Assembly: GCA_963779375.1 (NCBI GenBank)
Contig: CAVZXW010000020.1
Span: forward strand, 38,762-102,761
Reading direction: 5' to 3'
Length of the DNA: 64,000 nucleotides
From: an uncultured Chloroflexia bacterium
Lineage (GTDB): Bacteria > Chloroflexota > Limnocylindria > Limnocylindrales > CSP1-4
Of this stretch, positions 30,341 to 40,336 are shown piece after piece (the stretch's first letter is position 1; each line of letters begins with the position of its first letter). A program made the translations under genes and the position numbers. Under the pieces are notes generated by a model, which worked only from the letters and a program-made list of their open reading frames with translations, did not search any database and was not told the DNA's origin.

Positions 30341-30527
30341 GCGCGGCGCGTCCTTCCGCGAGCGGACCTGGGCGACGGTTCGGTCGGCATGGCCCAGCAT
30401 TCTACCGGCGGCGGAGCCCGCGCCTGCTGCCGTCCCGGGCGACACCGTGGCGGCGGGAGCGGCAGAGACGGGACCCTGCACCCTCACTCCATCGCGCTCG
30501 GCCGACCTCTCGGGTACCCTGCGCCAG

Positions 30528-31445
30528 ATGCCCATCGCCCTCCCCCTCGACGCGCACCTCCACACCGACCTGTCGCCCGACGCGGACGTCCCGCTCGATG
30601 CGTATGCCGCCCTTGCGCGCGATCAGGGCGTGGCCGAACTCGCCGTCACCGACCACATCGATTTCGTTCCCGGCGACCCTGCCTACCGGTATGCCGCGTA
30701 CGAGCAGCGGGTCCGCCTCGTGCGCGATGCCGCCGAGCGCTGGGCGGGCGAGCCGGCCATCCGGCTGGGTCTCGAGGTCTCGTACGAGCAGGGCGTCCAG
30801 GACGAGATCGCCGCATACCTCTCGCACCACGCCTACGACTACGTCATCGGGTCCGTGCACATGTCGAGCCGCGGCCCTTTTCGCAACCCCGTGACCGCCG
30901 CCGCCTGGTGTGCCGGGAGGACACCTCGGGAAGCCACCGCGTTCTACTTCGACGAGGTGGAGCGCGCCATCCGCAGCGGCCTCTTCGACACGATCGGCCA
31001 CCTCGACTTCGTGAAGCGCTACATCCATCCGTACCTGGGCGCTTTCGAGTACGAGCCACACGCCGACATCTACGACCGGTTGCTCAATGCTCTGATCGAG
31101 ACAGGTACGGCCCTGGAGGTGAATGCATCCGGGTTGCGGCAGGAACCGGGCGAGCCGTATCCCGCCCCGGTCGTGGTCGGGCGATTCCGCGAGCTGGGCG
31201 GGGAGCGGATCGTGGCCGGGAGCGATGCGCACAGGATCGAGCACTTCGCGTTCGGCCTGCCCGACGTGTACCGGACGATCGGGCGCGCAGGGTTTCGCGA
31301 GCTCGCGTTCCGGCGTGGAGGCGGGCGGGAGGCGGTCGAGCTGTCGACCGAACTCGTCACTGCCCTGCTGGGCTCCCGTAGTGCAGGTGCAAGCCGCCTG
31401 CGCGACAATCCACCGGACGTTCGCGTGGAGGGGGACGATGCGTGA
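30528..31445 (+). CDS. PHP-domain histidinol-phosphatase-family hydrolase
   Basis: ORF 30009..31445 trimmed to ATG 30528. LPLDAHLHTDLSPD, ELAVTDHIDF, IGSVHM, IGHLDF, GSDAH. Confidence 0.85.
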   Translation: MPIALPLDAHLHTDLSPDADVPLDAYAALARDQGVAELAVTDHIDFVPGDPAYRYAAYEQRVRLVRDAAERWAGEPAIRLGLEVSYEQGVQDEIAAYLSHHAYDYVIGSVHMSSRGPFRNPVTAAAWCAGRTPREATAFYFDEVERAIRSGLFDTIGHLDFVKRYIHPYLGAFEYEPHADIYDRLLNALIETGTALEVNASGLRQEPGEPYPAPVVVGRFRELGGERIVAGSDAHRIEHFAFGLPDVYRTIGRAGFRELAFRRGGGREAVELSTELVTALLGSRSAGASRLRDNPPDVRVEGDDA

Positions 31446-31455
31446 GGGCGGTGGG

Positions 31456-32224
31456 ATGCGCCTGACGGTGGTGGGCTGCGCCGCAGCGTGGAGCCGCGTG
31501 CCCGGCCGGGCCTCCTCGTCCTACCTTGTCGAGCTCGGCGAACCCGGGGATCCGGCGCGCATCCGCCGTCCTCCTCGACCTCGGCCAGGGCAGCTTCTCC
31601 GCGCTCGCCGGGTTCCGCGACCCCGCCAACCTGAGCGCCGTACTCATTTCACACGTGCACCCCGACCACTGCATCGACCTGGTACCGCTTCGGCTCTACC
31701 TCCGCTATGGCTGCGAGCCGTCCCGGACGGTTGCGCTTCACGGACCCGCCGAGCTGCGCCGACGGTTCGATGGGCTGACGAACGAGCACGACTTCCTGTG
31801 CGATCTGCCCGGCGATCCGCTCGCCCCCGGGACCATGGCGGTCGCGGGCTTCAACGTGTCGGTCGCACCCGTGCTCCATGTCGGCACGAGTTACGCGTTC
31901 CGCGTGTCACCGGCGACCGATCCGTCGGCGCCCGGCCTGGTCTACTCGGGCGACTGTGGGCGCGCGGCCGACCTGCTCCCCCTCGTGCGCCCCGGCGACA
32001 CGTTGCTGGTCGAAGCCTCGCACGGTGCCGGCCCCGTGATCGACGGACCGAACCACCTCAATGCAGCCGATGCCTCCGGGCTCGCCACCGATGCGAAGGC
32101 CGGCCGGCTCGTGATCACCCACATCCTCGACGATGTCGACCCGGCTGCCGCGCTCGCCCTGGCACGCGAGCGATTTGCCGGCGAGGCCATGCTTGCCGAA
32201 CCGGGGCTGACGCTCACGGTCTGA
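31456..32224 (+). pseudogene. MBL-fold metallo-hydrolase; one frameshift near 31545-31575
   Basis: MRLTVVGCAAAWSRVPGRASSSYLVELGEPG (frame of ORF 31123) joins IRRASAVLLDLGQGSF...ISHVHPDHCIDL (ORF 31526..32224). Confidence 0.8.
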
Positions 32225-32295
32225 GGTTCCGAACGGGACCAGCTTCCGGATGCCGTTCTCCGCGCGGCGGCCGGCTCGGCGCGCTCGGCGGTACC

Positions 32296-33013
32296 TCGCC
32301 CCCAGTGCTCCGCCTCCCGCCGCCGGAACACGGGCAGACAGAGACGACGGGCGGGGGTCAGGGTCCCTCGCCCGTCGTCACTGGTGCGTGTGGGGGCTCG
32401 GAGGCCCCCGGGTGGATGCCGGGTCAGGTCAGCGGTCGATGCGCTCCAGCAGGCGACCGCGCAGGCGGGTCGTGACGACGAGCGTCAGCGACAGGCCGAG
32501 GAGTCCGGCGAGCAGGAGCCCGACGGTGTTGCCGTCCGACGAGCCGCCATTGCCGGGCACGCTCGAGGTGGGCGGCAGGGAAGGCGTGCCGGTCGCCCCC
32601 AGGACGCCGCCACTGGGCGACGGCTTGGTGGTGGGCGGGGTCGTGGGCGGTGTGGTCGGCGGCGTCGTGGGCGGCGTCACCGAGCGCGTGTTGGTCACGC
32701 CGAGGCTCGAGTTTGACGTTCTTGACGATCGTGACGCTCGAGGACGGGGCGTAGGTCGGGCTGTTGACCCAGCTCGCCCCGCTGCCCGCGGCGGGCAGGG
32801 CTCTCCTCGGCCACCGCGCAGGTCACGCCCGCGTTGTAGGGGCCGAAGATCTGCGAGGAGACCGTTGCCGCCCGTGGCGGGCACGGCCAGGCTGACGCTG
32901 GTGGCCTTCCCGTTGCAGGTCACGGTGAAGGTGAAGGTGCCACCGGTCCAGCCGGAGAGGTTCCCGCCGACCGTCTTGGTGAAGTAGAAGAAGCCCTGGT
33001 TCGGCGGGGGCGG
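32296..33013. repeat. Copy 1 of a ~720-bp near-identical duplication (3' end of the surface-protein gene plus downstream terminator region)
   Basis: Matches 35629-36357 at offset 3333. Differences seen: one 12-nt PPTT unit, three 1-nt insertions in copy 1, and a few substitutions. Confidence 0.9.
32343..32379 (-). terminator. Hairpin terminator candidate downstream of surface-protein gene 1
   Basis: gacgacgggcg-15 nt-cgcccgtcgtc (11-bp stem) lies 50 nt after the stop. On the minus strand it is followed by TCTGTCTG. Confidence 0.5.
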
Positions 33014-35392
33014 CGGGGTGTAGGTGTTGGTGATGGTGCAGGTCGGCGGACTGGCCGTTGGCCAGCGGCTGTTGCCCGAGCGAGCCGCCGTCACACGACC
33101 AGGCGCTCGGCGTGTAGTTGGCCGGTCCGCCGGACTCGGCCAGCGCTGTACGTGCCGGCCACCGACGTCCGACGGCCCCACCTGCGGGCCGGGCCCGCTC
33201 GCATCGGGGGTGGCGGCAGAGCTCACGTGGAGCTCGTTGAGTGTCGCAGAGAGTGTCCAGTACGCCTGGGGTGGCTGAGCCGCCGCTGACGTGCTTGATG
33301 AGCGTCAGGTGGGCGGGCGAGATCACCATTGGTGAGGGTGCAGGACTTGGCGTACGCCGAAGCGGCGAGCGTCACGGAGATGACGTGCGTCTCCGAGTTC
33401 GTCGTGCAGTCGCCGGAGACGCCCGTCAGCGCATAGCCGGCCACTGCGTCTTCGCTCACCGTGTACGTGCCCAGCGTCGAGACTGTAGTCGTGCCACTCG
33501 CGGATCCGGCCGCAGGGCTGCCTGTGACGTTAGCGCCGTTGGACTCCACGTGAAGCTGGAAGCTGCTGGATCCCAGCGTCCCCCCGTTCTCGGTTGTCGA
33601 CGACCTTGATGACCTTCAGGGTGGGCTGACTGTCGGTGTTCAGTGACCGTGCACGTCCACCGACGCGCCGGAAGTCAGGTCAACCACATTGATCGGGATC
33701 GAAGGTGCGGTGATGATCTGGTTCTGGACGCACGAGATGCTTTCGGTCGAGTAGCCGGCGGGCGGCGCGTCCTCGGTCACGGTGTAGGTGCCCGGAGCAA
33801 GGGAGTACGTATAGCCAGTCGGTCCCGCGACGCCCGCGTGCGGGCTGTTGGCGACGTCGCCTGCGCTGCCCTTCACGTGAAATCGAGAACTTGTCCACCG
33901 CGAGCGAGCCACCGTGGTGGTAGTCGAGGGTCTTGATCGCCGTGATCGTGCCGGGGGGCGGCGGCGCCGTCACCGTCACCGGCTCGTCGCCGCACGAGCT
34001 GGAGGACTTCTGATTGTTCGCGTCACCACCGTAGCTGGCGACCCATTCGTAGGTCCCGGGCGTCGACGGTGCCGTGACGTCCGGAGACGTCGCGTTCCCG
34101 GCTCCGTCCAGTGCCACGGCAGTGGTGCGAGCCCACTGATCTGTGTCGTCGCAGACCGGATTGGCTGGATCGGTCGGGCCGTACAGGAAGAACGTCACGT
34201 CGCCAGTCGGCTGGAGGCCGTTGACGTGCGCGGTGTCCTGGATGACGGCGCCGCTCTGGGCGGTTTCCTGCACGACCTTGGTGGTGATGGGGGCCGCGCC
34301 CGGGCCCACCAGCGGCGCGACATCGTCGAGCGAGCTGGCCAGGTGGTTGACCGCGACGGTCCCCGGACTGCTGACGTTGCCGCTCACGGAATAGTCGACG
34401 AATGCGAGTTCGCCACCGTTGTCGGCCACGAGCGCATGGCCCGCTCCGTCCACTGCTCCCTGGTCGAACACGAGCCCGGTGGGGCCTGACTCGACCTTGC
34501 ACGGCGCCGAGTCGGTGCCCGTGCACGTGTTGGATCCGAACACGAGCTCACCGACGACCTTGCCGGTCGACGGGTCGAACTGGGCGATCATGTTGGCGCC
34601 GAACAGGAACAGGTCTGACGTGCGCGGGTCGTATGCCATGCCGTGCGCCGCGGGATAGCCGGGGGCGTTGCCCGCCGGGAGGAGCTTTGTCGTGACACCC
34701 GTGCAGGAGTTGCTCCCGAGGCCTGTGAACGCAATCGTTCCGAAGATCCCGTTACCTGATGGCGTGCTGCTCGTGAAGTAATACGTCCCGCCCACGTCGA
34801 GCACGGTGTCGACCTGCGTGACGGTGCCGCTCAACGTGCAGGCCTGGCCGTTTCCGGCCAGTCCTCCGCTCAACGGCACGACGCCCAGCCCGCCCGGGAT
34901 CCCGGCCACGAGCAGGGTCGTCGAGTTGATGACTGACAGGTGATACGCGCCGCTTACACCGGAGGTCTTGGTGGTCACGCCGCTGCCGCCGGTCGTGATC
35001 TCGCTGACGATCCCGTTCGACTGCCCTCCCACCAGGAGGTCCTGGTTCGGAGCGAAGACGATTCCATCGGCTCCCCTCGTGGTGCCGATGCCTGCGGGCG
35101 TGCCAAGCGTGAACGTGGTGCCGTCGAACTTGAAGTCGACCTTGCCCACGTCGACGTTCGCCCCGAGCGTGCCGTCGGCCGGGCAGCCAGTTGCCGTGCC
35201 CTGGTTGCAGAATCGCGTGAAGTACAGCGTTCCCTGGGCAACGGTTGGACTTGCAGCCGCTGTGACCAGGGGAACGGCGGCCGGGAAGATCAGCAGGCCG
35301 GTCAGTGCGCCGGCCGCGGCGACAGCGTAGAGCCGGGCCCGTCGGGATCGCCGACCGCCGGCGGCAGGTGACGGAAATTCAAACGGGTGCAT
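32429..35392 (-). pseudogene. Large secreted/anchored multidomain surface protein 1; at least 12 frame changes, all in the C-terminal 1.3 kb
   Basis: ATG 35392 (MHPFEFP) gives signal peptide ...LVTAAASP, a ~330-aa Gly/Thr-rich beta region and an Ig-like domain (TPGTYEWVASYGGDANNQKSSSSCG). Two prealbumin/SpaA-like domains follow (GTYTVTEDAPPAGY; GTYTVSEDAVAGY). Then HLTLIKHV...WTLSAT...LAESGGPANYTPSAWSCDGGSL...TCTITNTY, the FFYFTKTV...TVTCNGKATSV module, a PPTT linker and a TM+RGR tail. Confidence 0.8.
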
Positions 35393-35628
35393 CGGTACAA
35401 CTCCCAACGAGAACGGGGATGTGACTTATGACCCCATCACGTTAGGACATAGGTACCGGTTCGTCGAGTACTTTCAGCCCTTCCGACGCGGCGAATTCGA
35501 GCGCGATGCGCCCTCCAGGTCAGTCCGCATCGCGGATTCCGGTGTCGGCCCGCACCGCACGCATCAAGGGTCTGTCGCAGCATCCCGTCGTCGCCGCGCC
35601 CCCATCCCCGGCTCCAGCGGTCCGTCGC

Positions 35629-36357
35629 GCGCCCCCAGTGCTCCGCCTCCCGCCGCCGGAACACGGGCAGACAGAGACGACGGGCGGGGGTCAGGGTCCC
35701 TCGCCCGTCGTCACTGGTGCGTGTGGGGGCTCGGAGGCCCCCGGGTGGATGCCGGGTCAGGTCAGCGGTCGATGCGCTCCAGCAGGCGACCGCGCAGGCG
35801 GGTCGTGACGACGAGCGTCAGCGACAGGCCGAGGAGTCCGGCGAGCAGGAGCCCGACGGTGTTGCCGTCCGACGAGCCGCCATTGCCGGGCACGCTCGAG
35901 GTGGGCGGCAGGGAAGGCGTGCCGGTCGCCCCCAGGACGCCGCCACTGGGCGACGGCTTGGTGGTGGGCGGCGTGGTGGGCGGGGTCGTGGGCGGTGTGG
36001 TCGGCGGCGTCGTGGGCGGCGTCACCGAGCGCGTGTTGGTCACGCCGAGGCTCGAGTTGACGTTCTTGACGATCGTGACGCTCGAGGACGGGGCGTAGGT
36101 CGGGCTGTTGACCCAGCTCGCCCCGCTGCCCGCGGCGGGCAGGGCTCCCTCGGCCACCGCGCAGGTCACACCCGCGTTGTAGGGGCCGAAGATCTGCGAG
36201 GAGACCGTTCCGCCCGTGGCGGGAACGGCCAGGCTGACGCTGGTGGCCTTCCCGTTGCAGGTCACCGTGAAGGTGAAGGTGCCACCGGTCCAGCCGGAGA
36301 GGTTCCCGTTCACCGTCTTGGTGAAGTAGAAGAAGCCCTGGTTCGGCGGGGGCGGGG
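35629..36357. repeat. Copy 2 of the ~720-bp duplication
   Basis: See 32296-33013. This copy keeps an uninterrupted reading frame (ORF 35762..36313). Confidence 0.9.
35676..35712 (-). terminator. Hairpin terminator candidate downstream of surface-protein gene 2 (identical to 32343-32379)
   Basis: Same sequence at offset 3333. Confidence 0.5.
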
Positions 36358-38057
36358 TCGTGATGACGACGGGCTCGGACTGGAACGGCTGTACGCCGCC
36401 GCGTTGTTCGCGTCACCGCCGTACGTGGCGGTCCACTGCCAAGTGCCCGCGGCGTTGGCCGTAGGCCCGCCGGTCGTCTGGTACGTCCCGTTCCCGTCGA
36501 CCGTGGCATTGAACGTGAAGGCAGGCTCGCCGTCGCAGTTGGTGACCGACGGCGGGTAGAGGTTGAACGTGACCGTTCCGGTCGGGTTGTAGCCGCCCGC
36601 GAGCGCGGCTGAGTCGTTGAGTGTGACCTGGTTCACATAGCCGCCCGCAGGGATCGGCGTCGTGTTGATGGTCGGAGCGGGCGGGCTCGATCTGGACCTG
36701 CTCTGTCTCACCGCCGCACGCGGCGAAGGGTTTGTTGTTGTTGTCCCCGGCGTAGCTGGCCTTCCAGTAGTAGGTGCCGGCCGCCGAGGGTGTCCAGCTC
36801 GTCGAGAAGCTGGCCACGCCGCCGCTGGTGATGGTGCCGCTTCCGGTGACGGAGGTGGCGGTCGAGCAGGTGTTGTCGCTGTAGAGCGTGAAGGTCACGC
36901 TCTGGCCGGCCAGGCCGTAGCCATTGGACACGGTGGCCGTGTCGCCCACCGGTCATCCCGACCCCCACGGTGCCGCCGGTCGGGCTGGCCTGGGTCGAGA
37001 TCGTGGGACTGGACTGACTGATGACGACCGTTCGTCGGCGCCGCCGCAGGCAGTGAACCCGTTGTTGTTGCTGTCACCCGGGTAGCTGACGCCCCAGGTG
37101 TAGGTCCCGACTGCGGCAGGTGTCCAGGCCTGCGAGTAGCTCGCCACACCGGCAGCAATGGCACCGCTGCCCGAAATGCCGGTCGACACATGGCACGAGC
37201 CGTCGCTGTACAGCGTGAACGTGACGGAGCCGGACGGGTTGTTGCCGCCGGTCAGGGTCGCGGTGTCACCCACCGTCATCAAGACACCGATCGTGCCAGT
37301 GCTGGGACTGGCCGCGTCGCGACGGTCGGGCTGGACTTCCTGGAGACGACCACCGTCTCGTTTGCGCCTCCGCAGGCATGCACGCCCTTGTCGCTGCCAT
37401 CACCCTGTAGTTGACTCCCCAGTAGTACGCCCCCGATGACGTGGGCGTCCAACCGTGCGAGTAGCTCGCCACACCGGCAGCAATGGCACCGCTGCCCGAA
37501 ATGCTCGTGGCATTGTGACAATCGCTGTCGCTGTACAGCGTGAAGGTGACGGAGCCGGACGGGTTGTTACCGCCACTCAGCGTCGCGGTGTCACCCACCG
37601 TCATCAAGACACCGACCGTACCAGTTGACGGGCTGGCAACCGTCGAGATCGTCGGGCTGGCCTTCTGGCAGGCTGCGACGGACCCATTCCAAGTATGACT
37701 ACCGATACCGTCTCCGCCAACTACAACCACTTCCGCGCTGTGGGGCAGCGTCGCGGGGCTCAGGACCTTGTTCAGCGAGTACGAAGTCCCGAAACTGGCC
37801 TCAGAGTCCGCCGTATCCAGTGTCCCATCGATAGTTATGGTCACCGAGTTGACCTTGTTCGACGCGTAGTTGCTGAGGCTGATCGTGAGTTTCGGAACGT
37901 TATTAACGCACGTCAATGATTCGCTGTAATTGTGCGCCGAGGCGACACCTGCGGTGGCGGGAAGGAGCATCGCCAAGAGTGCCGCCGCCCCCGCAAGACT
38001 GACGGCGCGGGCGCGGGTCCTTGTCCCGCCTCCGCTGGGGTTGAACAACGAGTGCAT
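35762..38057 (-). pseudogene. Large surface protein 2: signal peptide, unique N-domain, four ~109-aa Ig-like repeats, shared C-terminal module and anchor; at least 5 frame changes
   Basis: Pieces lie in ORFs 37266..38057, 37279..37521, 36953..37282, 36413..36949, 36310..36711 and 35762..36313. The repeat signature is GDTATL.GGNNPSGSVTFTLYSD..C....S.SG.I..GVAS.S..WTP...G.Y.W...Y.GD.NN....ACGG. Confidence 0.8.
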
Positions 38058-38549
38058 CGATACCAGCTCCCCTCGATGAATACAGCCGCCGGATAGGTCG
38101 GCGGCGGACGGTCCCTGTACCGGCCGTCATGAGTGTCCGCCGTTCGCCCCAGTACGTCCAGTACTTCTGCCGCATCGCGGCAACGTTTCGTGCGTAGGCT
38201 GCCTGGCGCGGCACGATTTCCGGTGACTCCCGGCACCGATGAGTACTGGAACCGCCGGGACGAACGTTCGCGTGGAGGGATGGCCCGGAAGTCCCAGGCG
38301 GCGGGCACGCGGCCGACCCGCTGGGCCATTCCGGGGCGGGGAGTCTCATCAGAACGCATGCCACGGCAAACGCGGCGTGCGGGTTCGGACGACCACAGAC
38401 AAGCGGCCGTTGGCTGTTCGATAGAGGGACGCATGACAAGTTCCGCGACTCTCCGCGAGGCTCGTGCCCCATCGTCGGTGTGACCCCGGCACTCCGAACC
38501 ACGGAACTGGACACCGGCAGAAGGCCCGGCTCAGTGGGTCGGCTGACTC

Positions 38550-40028
38550 ATGTCCGACGCGGACCGCAGGGTCGACAATGCGCCGGTGCTCCTCCGCTAC
38601 CTGCGCTCGCTGACCGGCTTCGAGCGCGACGCCCGGCTGTTCCTGTTCGTCACGCTGGCATACGGCTCGGCCGTGAGCCTGTGGTGGATCGACTTCAACC
38701 TCTACCTGCGCAGCCTCGGCATCGACACCGCGCTGATCGGGCTGATCGCCATGGCGGGATCCGCCGCCTCCCTGGTCGTGGCGTTCCCGGCGAGCATCCT
38801 GTCGGACCGCTTCGGACGCCGACGAGTCCTGCTCGGCGGAGGCGCGCTGATGACCGCGGCATTCGCCGGCCTGCTGGTGTCGAGCGGGCTGCCAGTCCTG
38901 CTCCTGATGTCCGCCGCGTTCGCGGCGGGAAGTGGGGCCATGCAGGTGGTCGCGCAGCCGTTCCTGGCGGAGCACTCGCGGCCCGAGGAGCGCAGCGAGC
39001 TCTTCGCGGTGCAGTTCGCGATCTCGAGCGGCACCAACGTCGTGGCGGCCCTCGCGGGTGGATTCATCGCCCAGCAGGTCGCATCCTCGTGGGGGTTCGA
39101 CCCGCAGGGCCCGGAGGCCTACCGCGTCCTGATCGCCCTCATGGCGGGCCTCGGCGTCGTCACGATTCTCATGCTCACGCGCCTCCGTGATGACCGACCG
39201 GCGGCGCTGCGGCATGCGGTCACGGACAGGCCGGGCGGGGCAGCCAGGCCCAGGGCTGTCCGGGAGCGGGACGCGACCGGCGTGGGCGTGGAGGTCAGCA
39301 CGGGCCGGCCGACGGGAACCTTCGGGCGCACCGAACGGTCGCGCCAATCCAGCCTGGTGGCGGTCCTCCGTGGCGGCTTCCACGTCTCCGATCGGCGCGA
39401 CTTCACGAGGCTGCTGCTCCCGGGCTTTCTCATCTCGCTCGGCGCAGGCCAGGTCATCCCGTTCCTCAACGTGTTCATCGAGGGCCGGTTCCACCTCGAG
39501 CTCGCGTCGCTCAACGCCCTGTTCGCGATCACGAGCCTCGGGACGCTCGTGGCGACCCTGATGCAGCCCGCCCTCGCCCGCCGATGGGGAAAGATCGGGT
39601 CGGTCGTGATCGTCCAGGGGGCGAGCATCCCGTTCATCGTCGTCCTCGGCTTCTCGCCCCTCTTCTGGACCGTGGCGATCGCGATGGCGGTGCGCAACTC
39701 GCTCATGAACGCGGGCAACCCGATCTTCGGTGCGTTCGCCATGGAGCGGGTCCGGCCGGAGGAGCGGGCCACGTTCTCGGCCGCGAGCTCGCTCTTCTGG
39801 GCGCTGGGCTGGGTCATCGCCGCGCCGTGGTACAGCCTGCTGCAGGCCACGCTCGGGTTCGATGCGGGCTACGCGGTGAACTTCCTGACGATCATCGGGC
39901 TGTATTCGGCGGGCACGGTGCTGTACTGGGTCTGGTTCGGACGCGACGAGCGGGATGGCCGCCAGGCTTCGGCCGGGGCCGGGCGCCCGGACACGAATCC
40001 GATCAGGGGCGGAACGGTCGGTCGCTGA
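38550..40028 (+). CDS. MFS transporter
   Basis: Intact 492-aa ORF with ~12 TM segments. Contains the SDRFGRRRVLL loop motif and a long central basic loop. Confidence 0.9.
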   Translation: MSDADRRVDNAPVLLRYLRSLTGFERDARLFLFVTLAYGSAVSLWWIDFNLYLRSLGIDTALIGLIAMAGSAASLVVAFPASILSDRFGRRRVLLGGGALMTAAFAGLLVSSGLPVLLLMSAAFAAGSGAMQVVAQPFLAEHSRPEERSELFAVQFAISSGTNVVAALAGGFIAQQVASSWGFDPQGPEAYRVLIALMAGLGVVTILMLTRLRDDRPAALRHAVTDRPGGAARPRAVRERDATGVGVEVSTGRPTGTFGRTERSRQSSLVAVLRGGFHVSDRRDFTRLLLPGFLISLGAGQVIPFLNVFIEGRFHLELASLNALFAITSLGTLVATLMQPALARRWGKIGSVVIVQGASIPFIVVLGFSPLFWTVAIAMAVRNSLMNAGNPIFGAFAMERVRPEERATFSAASSLFWALGWVIAAPWYSLLQATLGFDAGYAVNFLTIIGLYSAGTVLYWVWFGRDERDGRQASAGAGRPDTNPIRGGTVGR

Positions 40029-40087
40029 CAGGGCACAGGCTTCCCGCTGTGCCACGCGCGTCGCATGTGTGCTACAGTCGGGCCACG

Positions 40088-40336
40088 ATGGTGGCCTCGA
40101 GGGAGCTCCGGAACAACACGCGCGACCTGCTCACCCGTGTCGAAGCCGGAGAGTCGGTGACGATCACGGTCGATGGTCGTCCGGTCGCCGTCCTCCAGCC
40201 CGTCGGCCGCCGGCCCCGCTGGGTGGCACGTGGCGAGTTCCTGGCACGGATCACCGGGCATCAGTCCGATCCGGGGCTGCGGTCGGAACTGCGCGCGATG
40301 GCGCCCGATACCACCGACGACCTGGGGTCGCCATGA
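40088..40336 (+). CDS. Type II antitoxin, Phd/YefM-like (partner of VapC)
   Basis: Last 82 aa of ORF 39584..40336: MVASRELRNNTRDLLTRVEAGESVTITVDGRPVAVLQP. Confidence 0.85.
   Translation: MVASRELRNNTRDLLTRVEAGESVTITVDGRPVAVLQPVGRRPRWVARGEFLARITGHQSDPGLRSELRAMAPDTTDDLGSP

Larger units (their letters stand above)
29252..30390 (-). pseudogene. Class I SAM-dependent methyltransferase with a long Pro/Ala/Asp repeat N-terminus; one -1 frameshift inside the repeats
   Basis: Methyltransferase core VVEVGAGYGRLA...LLDAS...VVCVRVVHHL is in ORF 29252..30565. The ATG 30390 frame (ORF 29662..30390) encodes (A/S)(T/M)PDAS hexapeptide repeats. One 17-nt unit in an 18-nt array (~30180-30196) joins the two frames. 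Alternative conservative start: GTG 30172. Confidence 0.75.

Noticed and set aside
35408-35628. Shared regulatory sequence upstream of both surface-protein genes, analogous to their shared 3' module.
   Set aside because: By eye the two upstream regions (35393-35628 and 38058-38549) share no extended similarity. Only the 3' ends are duplicated.
37903-38514. ORFs 37903..38514 (minus) and 38133..38483 (plus) as real genes in the long spacer.
   Set aside because: They have mixed third-position composition and no recognisable motifs. The minus ORF overlaps the signal-peptide region of the surface protein in another frame.
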